This document shows positions 40,120 through 49,532 of a DNA stretch of 64,000 nt, piece after piece. The DNA comes from Minisyncoccia bacterium (lineage in GTDB: Bacteria > Patescibacteriota > Minisyncoccia > SW-4-49-11): positions 36,023 to 100,022 of the forward strand of contig JBIKVS010000002.1 in assembly GCA_044356725.1 (NCBI GenBank). Reading direction: 5' to 3'. The notes below the pieces were generated by a model that saw only the letters and a list, made by a program, of their open reading frames with translations, searched no databases and was not told where the DNA came from. Made by a program: the position numbers and the translations under genes. Within the stretch, counting starts at the first letter, position 1; each line of letters starts with the position of its first letter.

Positions 40120-40530
40120 TCAACCCTCTTGTGAATATAACTTTATATATTTCTGCAAGGCTTGTTCAAGAATAGTAGGCTTGTCCAAGTTCTTCTTAAC
40201 TACAACTTCTTGCCACCTTCTAACTAAATCTTCGCTCAATCCTATAATTTCCTTATCTCCCAATCTAGATTTCTTCTGAGACCTGAGTTGACGGATGAAG
40301 AACAAAGCTACTCTCTGTAGAAGACCCAGCTGATTATTTGTGTAATCCACAAAAATTGTCGCTCTATATAATTCTAAGTCACAATACTTATCTAAAGCAT
40401 TTTCCAGAACTCTTTTCACACTCATGTTTTCCATAAGTGCTATCTCTTCTATTACTCTCAGTAGCTCCTCCTCCAACCGAATTTCAAAATAACGTAAGGG
40501 TCTGATTTCAACCGAAAGAGCATTAGCCAT
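40120..40530 (-). CDS. Hypothetical protein, possible tandem ribbon-helix-helix domains
   Basis: Two similar segments: IRLEEELLRVIEEIA..VLENALDKY and IGLSEDLVRRWQEVV..ILEQALQKY; own TTGACA/TATAAA promoter and GAGG RBS. Confidence 0.55.
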   Translation of the reverse strand: MANALSVEIRPLRYFEIRLEEELLRVIEEIALMENMSVKRVLENALDKYCDLELYRATIFVDYTNNQLGLLQRVALFFIRQLRSQKKSRLGDKEIIGLSEDLVRRWQEVVVKKNLDKPTILEQALQKYIKLYSQEG

Positions 40531-40600
40531 GAGTAGACCTCATTTTAGAGAACCACCTAGTTTATAGCATATATAGCCTTAGCTGTCAAAATAAATAAAT

Positions 40601-41143
40601 TTATTTACTATATTCCTTAATTAAACTATTATACTTTTTATTCTGCTCGACAATATCTTTTAACTGTTCCTCACTCACAGGAAATTCAAAACAATCTTGA
40701 GTATAATTGTCTTTATTTTTACAATTATCTTTAACTTCGGTATAAAAAGCAGCTTGACTTTCTGTTTGAGTAAAATCTTGAGTGCTAACAGTCAAGACTT
40801 CGACAGATTTACCAAAAGCCTCTGACAGGACTAGAATATACTGCTTGCCTTCCTTTTGTCTACCTAATTTATATTCAGCCTGATTACAAGGCAAATCTTC
40901 TGAGCACTCTCTTAAAGTTATTTTTTTATCTCCTTGAGTTAACTCACAAGCAACCCCAGTTAAATCTGTCTTGGCACATCCCTCTCCAGTTAAAGCAATT
41001 TTAATAATTTCAGTACGAGGACTAAAAAAAGCAAAGATAGCTGTCACTAATACAACCACTATAACCGCAATAGAATTACGCCATAATCTTTGCCTCCCTA
41101 GATTGGGAGTTGCTGCTGATGATAAATCTATTCGATCGGACAT
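40601..41143 (-). CDS. Hypothetical membrane-anchored Cys-containing protein
   Basis: Single N-terminal TM helix; six Cys in the soluble domain. Confidence 0.65.
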   Translation of the reverse strand: MSDRIDLSSAATPNLGRQRLWRNSIAVIVVVLVTAIFAFFSPRTEIIKIALTGEGCAKTDLTGVACELTQGDKKITLRECSEDLPCNQAEYKLGRQKEGKQYILVLSEAFGKSVEVLTVSTQDFTQTESQAAFYTEVKDNCKNKDNYTQDCFEFPVSEEQLKDIVEQNKKYNSLIKEYSK

Positions 41144-41415
41144 ACTTTAGGAGTATTATCTTCAGTTTTTTGCTCTGTTTTAGAGTAATTAGCATATAGA
41201 TATTCTACAATAGCATCAGATTCATATAGCATAACTCCCTTTTCTTGGTCTACCAAAAATGGCACTTGAGGTTTATCCCCTAACTTCATCATCACTTCTC
41301 TCTGAGCTGAGCCGGTCTTTGAAATACGACAAATAAAGTCTAGCTCTAAGTCATTCAAAGCCACTCTTACTTTATGACAAAATGGACATTCTTCTCTTTG
41401 ATATAATTCCAACAT
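41128..41415 (-). CDS. Glutaredoxin / GST N-terminal domain protein
   Basis: LYQREECPFC, QVPFLVD and YESDAIVEYL. Confidence 0.88.
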   Translation of the reverse strand: MLELYQREECPFCHKVRVALNDLELDFICRISKTGSAQREVMMKLGDKPQVPFLVDQEKGVMLYESDAIVEYLYANYSKTEQKTEDNTPKVCPIE

Positions 41416-41502
41416 ATATTTTTGATTAAGTTAATAATATAATTATATTATATCATAAAAAAGCCCGTGATGAAATACCACGAGCCAGAAATGCTAGGTA
41501 AG

Positions 41503-41799
41503 CTATGTCCGTTTGGGACCAAAGCCTCTCCCATTAACACCCCCTGTAGAAATAGGAGGTTTGTTTTTTGGAGTATATCGTTTTTTCCTTTCTCTTGTTC
41601 TCATATTATCCCAAGCTTGGATATCGACTCCAACTACGAATACTTCCTCTTTTAGAGACACTTCTTCTATTTGAGATTGATGAGTTAAAGTGTTTAATAC
41701 AATACGCATTCTGCATGTACAAGTATCAGATATACATGGTACAATTACCCACTTTGAATTATTATGTGGCCTTATTGGAGGTGATAATAAAGCTGTCAT
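41503..41799 (-). CDS. Hypothetical protein
   Basis: ORF with an upstream TTGACA-17-TATATA promoter-like site (about 41824-41852). Confidence 0.35.
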   Translation of the reverse strand: MTALLSPPIRPHNNSKWVIVPCISDTCTCRMRIVLNTLTHQSQIEEVSLKEEVFVVGVDIQAWDNMRTRERKKRYTPKNKPPISTGGVNGRGFGPKRT

Positions 41800-41855
41800 T
41801 TTCTTAAAGCAGATTCATTTATTTATATAACACAATATAAAACATTTGTCAACAT

Positions 41856-42833
41856 TTATCTACAAAGTGTAGTTTTTGAATAAAAAAGCCCCTGCCAAAA
41901 GCAAGAGCTTGTAAAGTTATTCGCACGGTTGACTATATAGTCAATTAGAGCTAATAGTGGCTCTGATTGACCATTTTTGTTATATGGTTCCAGAGCTTGG
42001 TTTCCTTCCTCCATTAGAGATGTAACACGCCTCCTACACTCCGCTAAACCCAATAACTTTGGATAAGTAGATTTATCCGCTGTCAGGTCTTTACCCGCCA
42101 TCTTACCGAAAACTTTAGCACTAGCGGTGACATCAAGTATATCATCACTTATCTGAAAGCCCAGACAAACACACTTAGCATAGACTCGCAGAGCCTCTAT
42201 CAAATCCTTATCTGCTCCACCGATTATAGCTCCACTGACTACAGAAGCTCGTAATAAAGAGCCTGTCTTATGGAGATGTATGTATTCAAGGGTGTCTAAA
42301 TCAACTTCTTTACCCTCAAACTCTAAACCTACTGCCTGACCACCCATTAGACCAGAAGCACCAGAGGCAAGCGAGAGCTCGCCCACAACTGCAAGCAAAC
42401 GCTCAGCTGGCACATCAGGACTCTGCAAGGCAATCTTCTCAAAAGCACGGACTAGCAGGGAGTTCCCTGCAAGAATAGCCATTGCCTCCCCATAAACTTT
42501 ATGATTAGTCGGCCTCCGCCCTCGACGAAAATTACAATTGCCAAGAGGGGGTAGATCATCGTGAATAAGAGATGAAATGTGTATCATCTCTAGTGCCACC
42601 GATGTGGGCATAGCTTGGGTTACCGTACCCCCAGCTAACTCGCAAGCAGCTAGACACAGAATTGGCCTTAACCGCTTACCACCATTCAGAAGAGAATACC
42701 TCATTGACTCCTTAAGTTTATTTAGCCTATAAATATCCAGACTCAATGCTTGATCAAGAGCAGCCTCAATCTGTAGACGCCTATTTTCAATATATTGAGC
42801 AAAATCAAACTTAGCAGAATTTTTACTAGCCAT
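41856..42833 (-). CDS. crtE: Geranylgeranyl diphosphate synthase-like polyprenyl synthetase with degenerate first Asp-rich motif
   Basis: MRYSLL.GGKRLRPILC, LIHDDLPPLGNCNFRRG, HLHKTG, FQISDDILD, GKDL and TYPKLLGL. Confidence 0.85.
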   Translation of the reverse strand: MASKNSAKFDFAQYIENRRLQIEAALDQALSLDIYRLNKLKESMRYSLLNGGKRLRPILCLAACELAGGTVTQAMPTSVALEMIHISSLIHDDLPPLGNCNFRRGRRPTNHKVYGEAMAILAGNSLLVRAFEKIALQSPDVPAERLLAVVGELSLASGASGLMGGQAVGLEFEGKEVDLDTLEYIHLHKTGSLLRASVVSGAIIGGADKDLIEALRVYAKCVCLGFQISDDILDVTASAKVFGKMAGKDLTADKSTYPKLLGLAECRRRVTSLMEEGNQALEPYNKNGQSEPLLALIDYIVNRANNFTSSCFWQGLFYSKTTLCR

Positions 42834-42935
42834 TTTAAAGAACTCCCTCTCGCTGAAGCGAGAATAGATTAACCCTACACTTATACCATATACTCCTCTC
42901 TTTGTCTACGATGTTCCTCATCTTATTTAGTATTT

Positions 42936-43054
42936 AAATTCCCCTCTTGAGGGGTGGATTCCTGCTATGTTTACATAGTAGGGAGACGGGGTGGAATAAA
43001 ATATCAAAACAACACTCCACCCCACCCTGCGGGTACCCCTCAAGAGGGGAATTT
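42936..43054. repeat. Composite palindromic element, copy F (inverted pair of the cccctcttgaggggtgg module)
   Basis: aaattcccctcttgaggggtgg...gacggggtgg and ccaccccaccctgcgggtacccctcaagagggggaattt. Confidence 0.85.
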
Positions 43055-43204
43055 AAGTTCAGCACACATCAGAATCAGACTATAAAGCCAAATTCTCCAA
43101 AAGAGGATAGTTTATAGCTAATATATACATATTGTATACTTTCATTGAATAAAATCTCTAGATTTGCTATAATTAAACTTAAATATAGCTTAATCTAACA
43201 AACT

Positions 43205-45568
43205 ATGCCTCTTGTATCCAAATACGAAATTACCGAACGCGAAGCCTATTGGCGTGAATTTTGGGCGAAACAGAATATCTATGCCTTTGATGAGAATTCG
43301 GAGAAGCCTATTTTCTCCGTAGATACTCCTCCACCCTATGTCTCAGCAGATCACTTACATCCAGGACATATTATGAGCTATTCTCAAGCTGAATTTGTCG
43401 TACGATTCAAGCGAATGCAAGGTTATAATGTGTTTTATCCAATGGGATTTGATAATAATGGACTGCCAACTGAAAGGCATGTAGAGAAAAAATATAAAAT
43501 CAAGAATAAAGATGCCATTAGTCGCTCTGAATTTATCAAATTATGTCTCGAAGAAACTCAAAAAGGAATCCAAACCTATCGCAATCTCTGGTCACTTTTA
43601 GGAGTTTCAGTTGATTGGTCTAAGACTTACTCCTCTATCAATCCTCACTCCCAGAAAATTGCTCAGTGGTCATTTTTAGATTTATATAAAAAAGGCTTAT
43701 TAACTCAAAGAGAAGAGCCAATAATGTGGGATATTAGCTTTCAATCGGCTCTAGCTCAGACTGATCTTGAAGACTCCGAGCAAGACTCTCACCTCAATGA
43801 TATAATCTTCAAAGCCGAAGAATCTGGTGAAGACTTAATTATAGCTACCACCAGACCCGAGTTAATCCCAGCAGCAGTGGCTTTGTTCTTCCACCCAGAA
43901 GATAGCCGATATCAGCATCTTATTGGTACTAAAGCTATCGCCCCGATTTCTGGACACACTGTGCCAATTTTGACAGACGAGAGCGTCGACAAAGATTTTG
44001 GAACAGGTTTGATGATGGTTTGTACTTGGGGAGATACTGAGGATATAGCCAAATGGAAAAAATATAATCTGGAGACTAGACTAATCTTCAATCAAAAAGG
44101 GATTTTGAATGACCTAGCAGGAGCTTATGCTGGAGGACATATTAGTAAATTAAGAAAGACGATATTAGAAGATTTACAAACCCAAAACTTATTAGTCAAA
44201 CAAACCCCCATCACCCACACCGTCCAAGTTTCTGAAAGGTCAGGTACTCCAATAGAATTTATCCTGACCAAACAATGGTTTATCAATGTAGTAGAGCATA
44301 AAGAAGCCCTATTAGAGCAAGGTAAAAAACTCAATTGGTATCCAAAGAGAATGTTTTCTATCTACTCTGACTGGGTTAGCTCACTCAAATGGGACTGGTG
44401 CATCTCCAGACAAAGATATTATGGAGTTCCAATACCAGTCTGGTATCATAAACAAACTGGGGAAGTAATCCTACCTCAAGAAGATGAATTGCCAGTTGAC
44501 CCAACCGAATATACCCCTAGAGGCTATAATGCTGAAGATTTAATCCCTGAGCACGATGTGCTAGACACTTGGATGACCTCCTCAATGTCGCCTGAAATTG
44601 GAGCCAAATTAGTAGCAGACACGGAGATTAGTGCTAAATTATTCCCATCCAGCCTGCGACCTCAAGCCTTCGAGATAATCCGAACATGGCTATTCTATAC
44701 AGTCACTAAAGCCTACTTTCATCATAATAGTCTACCCTTTAGTGATGTGATGATATCAGGACACGGACTAGACAATCAAGGACGGAAAATTAGCAAAAGA
44801 CTAGGCAATTTCACCCCACCAGAGCAAACTATAGCAACCTATGGAGCAGATGCTATGAGATATTGGGCTACAGGTACCACTCTGGGAGAGAATATCCGAT
44901 ACAATGAAGATGAAATCAAAAAAGGCAAGAAAACAGTCAATAAACTATTCAATGTTGGTAAATTTTCTGAATTACATCTGCAGAATTTCACTCTACCCGC
45001 GCAAACACCTGAACTAGAATTAATCGATAAATGGATTTTAGCTGAATTAAATCAAACTATTAAGACCGCAACTGAGAGCTTCGAGCAATATGAATACTAC
45101 AGAGCAAAAACCGCTGTGGATAGCCTATTCTGGAATAAACTTACCGATTATTATCTAGAATTAATCAAATACAGACTATATGATGAGACCCCAGAAGGCC
45201 AAAATTCCCGCCTAGCAGCTCAGTATACTCTATATATAGTATTAGAACAGATACTCAAATTATATGCCCCAATTTTGCCATTTATAACTGAGGAGATATA
45301 TCACGGACTATATGCTCAATCAGAAAATGAAAGTATTCATCAATCCAATTGGCCAAAGACAAATACAAATTGGCAACTCTCTAGTGACGAACACAATCTA
45401 ATGACAGATATTCTAGCAGTCATCGAGTCCGTAAGAGCTTATAAATCTCAGAATAGTATTTCTCTAGGAAAGGAAATTGAAACTTATACCTATACTTCTA
45501 CTCAAGACTTAAGCCCATACGAAGACTTCCTAGCCAAGGCTCTCAGAGTTGGCAAGTTGGTGAAGTAG
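43205..45568 (+). CDS. valS: Valine--tRNA ligase (short, archaeal-like type)
   Basis: DTPPPYVS..HPGH, ATTRPE, GTGLMM, WDWCISRQRYYG, LDTWMTSS and KISKR; lacks the C-terminal coiled coil. Confidence 0.95.
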   Translation: MPLVSKYEITEREAYWREFWAKQNIYAFDENSEKPIFSVDTPPPYVSADHLHPGHIMSYSQAEFVVRFKRMQGYNVFYPMGFDNNGLPTERHVEKKYKIKNKDAISRSEFIKLCLEETQKGIQTYRNLWSLLGVSVDWSKTYSSINPHSQKIAQWSFLDLYKKGLLTQREEPIMWDISFQSALAQTDLEDSEQDSHLNDIIFKAEESGEDLIIATTRPELIPAAVALFFHPEDSRYQHLIGTKAIAPISGHTVPILTDESVDKDFGTGLMMVCTWGDTEDIAKWKKYNLETRLIFNQKGILNDLAGAYAGGHISKLRKTILEDLQTQNLLVKQTPITHTVQVSERSGTPIEFILTKQWFINVVEHKEALLEQGKKLNWYPKRMFSIYSDWVSSLKWDWCISRQRYYGVPIPVWYHKQTGEVILPQEDELPVDPTEYTPRGYNAEDLIPEHDVLDTWMTSSMSPEIGAKLVADTEISAKLFPSSLRPQAFEIIRTWLFYTVTKAYFHHNSLPFSDVMISGHGLDNQGRKISKRLGNFTPPEQTIATYGADAMRYWATGTTLGENIRYNEDEIKKGKKTVNKLFNVGKFSELHLQNFTLPAQTPELELIDKWILAELNQTIKTATESFEQYEYYRAKTAVDSLFWNKLTDYYLELIKYRLYDETPEGQNSRLAAQYTLYIVLEQILKLYAPILPFITEEIYHGLYAQSENESIHQSNWPKTNTNWQLSSDEHNLMTDILAVIESVRAYKSQNSISLGKEIETYTYTSTQDLSPYEDFLAKALRVGKLVK

Positions 45569-45571
45569 CGA

Positions 45572-45803
45572 TAATTATAAATGTTGAGTTGTGAATTTCA
45601 TAGCGGAGCCGTCCCTATGGGAGTTAAACGTTTATCCCTCCATATCGTAGAGTCGGTGCCCTCGCCGACATTGTTCTAATGTAGGGTAGACCTTTCAGTA
45701 GCCTATGTCCTCCCTCCCCCTGCGGGTACTCCCTCCAAAGGGAGACAAAATAAAAACTATCCTCCCTTGGGGGAGGTGGCACCGTAGGTGACGGAGGAGG
45801 ACT
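45572..45803. repeat. Composite palindromic element, copy G (45646-45803 is a direct repeat of 46148-46305)
   Basis: Heptamer tract followed by five modules; about 158 bp nearly identical to copy H. Confidence 0.9.
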
Positions 45804-45902
45804 ATTGTATAAAAGTCATAACTAAAAATTTTTAAACGAAGAAAACACCGGTCATTGACCAGTGCTCATAGATTGAATTAAAGAGGGAAATCCCTAGTAA
45901 AA

Positions 45903-45973
45903 TCGAAGCGGCAGGATTTGAACCTACGACCCCCTGCATGTGCAGGTGCGCTACCAGACTGCGCTACGCCCCG
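45903..45973 (-). pseudogene. tRNA-Pro-like gene with anticodon loop reduced to 4 nt (no anticodon)
   Basis: CGGGGCGTAGCGCAGTCTGGTAGCGCA-CCTGC-ACAT-GCAGG-GGGTCGTAGGTTCAAATCCTGCCGCTTCGA; acceptor, D and T arms typical of tRNA-Pro. Confidence 0.8.
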
Positions 45974-45982
45974 ATGGAGAAA

Positions 45983-46058
45983 CGGTGAGTGGTGGATTCG
46001 AACCCCTGAAACTTATCACGAATTGAGACAAGTAGCTCCCAAGAGCAACTACCCCACC
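45983..46058 (-). pseudogene. Degenerate tRNA-like sequence (identity unclear)
   Basis: GGTGGGG...CTCACC-G acceptor-like stem, GGTTCGAATCC T-loop, and a 7-bp stem with a 9-nt loop in the anticodon position. Confidence 0.55.
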
Positions 46059-46115
46059 ATAATCCGTATATTATTATACTTATATTTTCTTAATTGTCAA
46101 GAGTTGAGGCGGTAC

Positions 46116-46305
46116 AATTATAGATTATGAATTATTAATGATAAATTCGTAGAGTCGGTGCCCTCGCCGACATTGTTCTAGTGTAGGGGCGACCTTTCAG
46201 TCGCCTGTGTCCTCCCTCCCCCTGCGGGGACTCCCTCCAAAGGGAGACAAAATAAAAACTGTCCTCCCTTGGGGGAGGTGGCACCGTAGGTGACGGAGGA
46301 GGACT
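46116..46305. repeat. Composite palindromic element, copy H
   Basis: Heptamer tract plus gtagagtcggtgccctcgccgaca, gtaggggcgacctttcagtcgcctg, gtcctccctccccctgcgggg..ggagac and gtcctcccttgggggaggtggcaccgtaggtgacggaggaggac. Confidence 0.9.
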
Positions 46306-46329
46306 GAGCTAAATTTACCCTATCCCCAC

Positions 46330-48645
46330 CTACCTATACAAATACTTCTGAAATTCTATGAATAAATCTCGAATAGACTCAACCCCACCCAAATTCTGTT
46401 GAGCCTCTGCCAGAGAATGATATTTATTCTGTAATAAAATAGCTAATCTATCCTGATCCAATTCCTCGAATCCAGATTGAATATATTTATCCAACACAAA
46501 TTGCAAAAATTGCTTCTGAGACTCACTTAAATCATCTAAAATATCCTGCTTGGATTGCAAAACTCTCATTTCCCTTGAAATTGGTTTATTCTCAGCATTA
46601 AAGACATATTCCAAAACATCAAACAAATCACTATTCTCCGCATCCACTAATTTTTGTAAAGTTTTCAGCTTATCTTGACTAAACCCAGCTTGACCTAATT
46701 TTTCCAAAAGCTGTTTACGAGTAATTGGACTACCCCAAATAGCCCTTAATTCCTGCTCTGTGGTGAATAATTTTGGCAATTCCCCAAATAAATTATGCAT
46801 AAATTCTTCCACTGAAACCGGTCTTCCTTGAGCATCCCAAAAAGAAGTCGAGACCATAGACTGAATTTCCCTAATTTTACCATCTCTTAATTTCACTTTA
46901 ATCTTTTTATTCTCACCTACTATAGGAGGAATTGTAGCTCCAGTTGGAGGATATACTTTAGTCCCAGAATCTCCCACAGGACTTACAGACCCATCTTCTA
47001 TAACTCCACCTTCCCACTTTGGATCCGCAAACAACCGATAAGCCTCCACAAAATCATAAATAGTAAAGAAATCCTTACCCTCAAAGACTCTCGTGCCCCT
47101 ACCAATAATTTGTTTGAACTCAATCATAGAATTAATCGGTCGCATCAAGACAATATTCCTGACATTACGAGCATCCACCCCAGTAGATAATTTTTGAGAA
47201 GTAGTCAAAATAGTTGGGATAGTCTTCTCGTTATCCTGAAATTCCCGCAAATACTGCTCCCCCACCTCACCATCATTAGCCGTCACTCTGACACAATAAT
47301 TCGGATTAGTGCTAAGTTTTTGCTGATTAATCAAATCTCGCACCAAAGCCGCATGAGCCTGATTAGCACAGAACACAATAGTCTTCTCATCCTGATTGAT
47401 AAGATTCATAAAAGTCTGCACCCGATAAGCCTCCCGCTCCTCAATCACAATTTTACGATTAAAATCACCCTCAGTATATAATTTACCAGTCTCAATATCT
47501 CCCTCCACCACATCATCATCCGGAGTATACAAATAATCATCCATCGTAGTGTGAATTCGCTTCACCTTAAATGGAGTCAAAAACCCATCCTCAATCCCAT
47601 CTTTCAGAGAATAAGTATATACCGAATCCCCAAAATACCTATAAGTATCCGCATTCGCCTCTTGTTTTGGAGTAGCTGTAAGCCCCAATTGCACAGCTGG
47701 AGAGAAATATTCTAGAATTTTTCGCCATCTACCCTCATCATTGGCTCCACCACGATGACATTCATCAATAATAATAAAATCAAAATAATCCTCAGGATAC
47801 TCCCGAACCCGCTCACTCAATACTTCATCTTCTGGATTATCCCCACTCATAAAAGTCTGGAAAATCGTAAAGAAAACACTACCATTTTTAGGCATTTCAC
47901 CCTTATGTCGAATTTGTTTTGGGTCAATTCTAACCAATGCATCCTCAGGGAAAGCCGAAAAAGAATTAAAAGCCTGATTAGCCAGAATATTCCTGTCCGC
48001 TAAAAACAAAATTCTAGGCCGACGACCACCATCCTCCTGCAAATTCCATCTAGTCTGATACAATTTCCAAGCAATCTGAAAAGCAATCGCCGTCTTACCA
48101 GTCCCAGTAGCCAAAGTCAATAAAATTCTATCATCCCCCTCAGCAATCGCCTCTAGCACCTTATTGACCGCAATCTCCTGATAATACCTCAACTCCCAAG
48201 ACCCACCTCTACTCTCAAACGGAATAGTATTGAATTTATCTCTCCATAAATTAACCTGTTCAAAGACCCGCGACCATAATTCCTCTGGAGTAGGAAATCT
48301 CTCCACAAGAGCCTCAGTCCCAGACTCCATATCAATCTCATAAATCTCCCGACCATTAGTCGCATAAGTCAACTTGAGTTGTAATTTGTGAGCATAATCT
48401 TTAGCCTGTTGCACACCCTCACCCACCACATTATCCGCACTTTTGGCCTCAATCACCGCCAACTTCACACCTTTATATTCCAAAATATAATCCGCCTTCA
48501 AAAGAGAAGCCCTCACACTAGAAGTCTGAATTTTACCCTTCGTAATATTATACTCTCGCAAAACCCGTGACTCATCCACCACACCCCAACCTTGGGCAGT
48601 CAATTTCGGATCAATCAGCTCCGCTCTAGTCTCAGCTTCATTCAT
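46330..48645 (-). CDS. hsdR: Type I restriction endonuclease subunit R (EcoEI/EcoAI-like)
   Basis: NEAETR, ADYIL..VIEAK nuclease motif, LRYYQ, LATGTGKT, IIIDECHR, GLTATP and FKQIIGRGTR. Confidence 0.95.
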   Translation of the reverse strand: MNEAETRAELIDPKLTAQGWGVVDESRVLREYNITKGKIQTSSVRASLLKADYILEYKGVKLAVIEAKSADNVVGEGVQQAKDYAHKLQLKLTYATNGREIYEIDMESGTEALVERFPTPEELWSRVFEQVNLWRDKFNTIPFESRGGSWELRYYQEIAVNKVLEAIAEGDDRILLTLATGTGKTAIAFQIAWKLYQTRWNLQEDGGRRPRILFLADRNILANQAFNSFSAFPEDALVRIDPKQIRHKGEMPKNGSVFFTIFQTFMSGDNPEDEVLSERVREYPEDYFDFIIIDECHRGGANDEGRWRKILEYFSPAVQLGLTATPKQEANADTYRYFGDSVYTYSLKDGIEDGFLTPFKVKRIHTTMDDYLYTPDDDVVEGDIETGKLYTEGDFNRKIVIEEREAYRVQTFMNLINQDEKTIVFCANQAHAALVRDLINQQKLSTNPNYCVRVTANDGEVGEQYLREFQDNEKTIPTILTTSQKLSTGVDARNVRNIVLMRPINSMIEFKQIIGRGTRVFEGKDFFTIYDFVEAYRLFADPKWEGGVIEDGSVSPVGDSGTKVYPPTGATIPPIVGENKKIKVKLRDGKIREIQSMVSTSFWDAQGRPVSVEEFMHNLFGELPKLFTTEQELRAIWGSPITRKQLLEKLGQAGFSQDKLKTLQKLVDAENSDLFDVLEYVFNAENKPISREMRVLQSKQDILDDLSESQKQFLQFVLDKYIQSGFEELDQDRLAILLQNKYHSLAEAQQNLGGVESIRDLFIEFQKYLYR

Positions 48646-48735
48646 AGCTATAATTTGTATCTAATATATATAGTTTAGTATAACAGTTTGTCCCCCCGCA
48701 AGCAATAGAAAAGATGTTAAGTGTAAATTGTATTT

Positions 48736-48985
48736 CTGTCTCCCTTTGGAGGGAGTCCCCGTAAAAAGGCTTTAGCCTTTGGGAAAGGGGTCGGGAAAAC
48801 GGTAGTTTTCCCGTGGAGGAAGGTTGGGAAACCGTGAGGTTTCACAGGAGCAAATCTCATTTGCGACGGTGGAGTGAGGACTGAGCTAAATTCCCCTCTT
48901 GAGGGGTGGCAGGCTTCGCCTGACGGGGTGGATGCATTTCTGTCCTCCCTTGGGGGAGGTGGCCGTTAGGCCGGAGGAGGACAGT
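48736..48985. repeat. Composite palindromic element, copy I, with nested extra hairpins
   Basis: tgtctccctttggagggagtcccc interrupted by aaaggctttagccttt, cgggaaaacggtagttttcccg and gaaaccgtgaggtttc; then the cccctcttgaggggtgg and gtcctcccttgggggagg modules. Confidence 0.85.
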
Positions 48986-49076
48986 TGCAACGAGGTGAGT
49001 GTAGACACACAAAATCCAAAGAAAAAACCCTCCAGCCAGTCGGCGAAGAGGGGGGATAAAGTTTTGGTGAGGGAGA

Positions 49077-49343
49077 CTACGAAGGAGTAGGCCTGCCTTC
49101 CAGGAACATTGAGTTCCGAGTATCTTGTTGAGTACCACTGGGGATACCCAAGACAGTACAAGCAGACTCCAAGAACGAGTACTGACAAAAGAGTCTGCAA
49201 AATACATCACCTGTGATTTTGCTTTCAGCAGCAGTCCTGTAAAACCAGTAAACTGCATCCCTCAATTCATCAAAGCACTCTCGGGAGTGATTCAGAATAT
49301 ACTGACTATAGCTATCACCAATAACTTGGATGAAAGGCTCCAC
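49077..49343 (-). CDS. Hypothetical protein in a self-contained cassette
   Basis: GGAGG RBS before GTG; promoter TTGCAT-17-TATAAG at about 49377-49406; terminator hairpin + T-run at about 49021-49056. Confidence 0.55.
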   Translation of the reverse strand: MEPFIQVIGDSYSQYILNHSRECFDELRDAVYWFYRTAAESKITGDVFCRLFCQYSFLESACTVLGIPSGTQQDTRNSMFLEGRPTPS

Positions 49344-49442
49344 TGTTAAACCTCCACTTGAAAAAGGGGCATTATTCTTATACCATATTCTATTTTTTTA
49401 TGCAAGCATATACAATAATGATTCTGAATTATAAAGCCATAA

Positions 49443-49520
49443 AGTCGGCGCCCTCGCCGACATTTCTCTAAAAATTCCCCTCTTGAGGGGTGGCAGGCTT
49501 CGCCTGACGGGGTGGATGCA
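49443..49520. repeat. Composite palindromic element, copy J
   Basis: agtcggcgccctcgccgaca plus aaattcccctcttgaggggtggcaggcttcgcctgacggggtggatgcattt (the latter identical to 48888-48939). Confidence 0.88.
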
Positions 49521-49532
49521 TTTTTGCCCCCC

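Noticed and set aside
46025-46035. TCA triplet in the second tRNA-like loop as a Sec or opal-suppressor anticodon
   Set aside because: The triplet is not centred in a 7-nt loop, and there is no long variable arm or extended acceptor stem as in tRNA-Sec.
49077-49343. Possible RAYT/IS200 transposase remnant between REP-like repeats
   Set aside because: No HUH motif or catalytic Tyr context recognisable in the frames provided.
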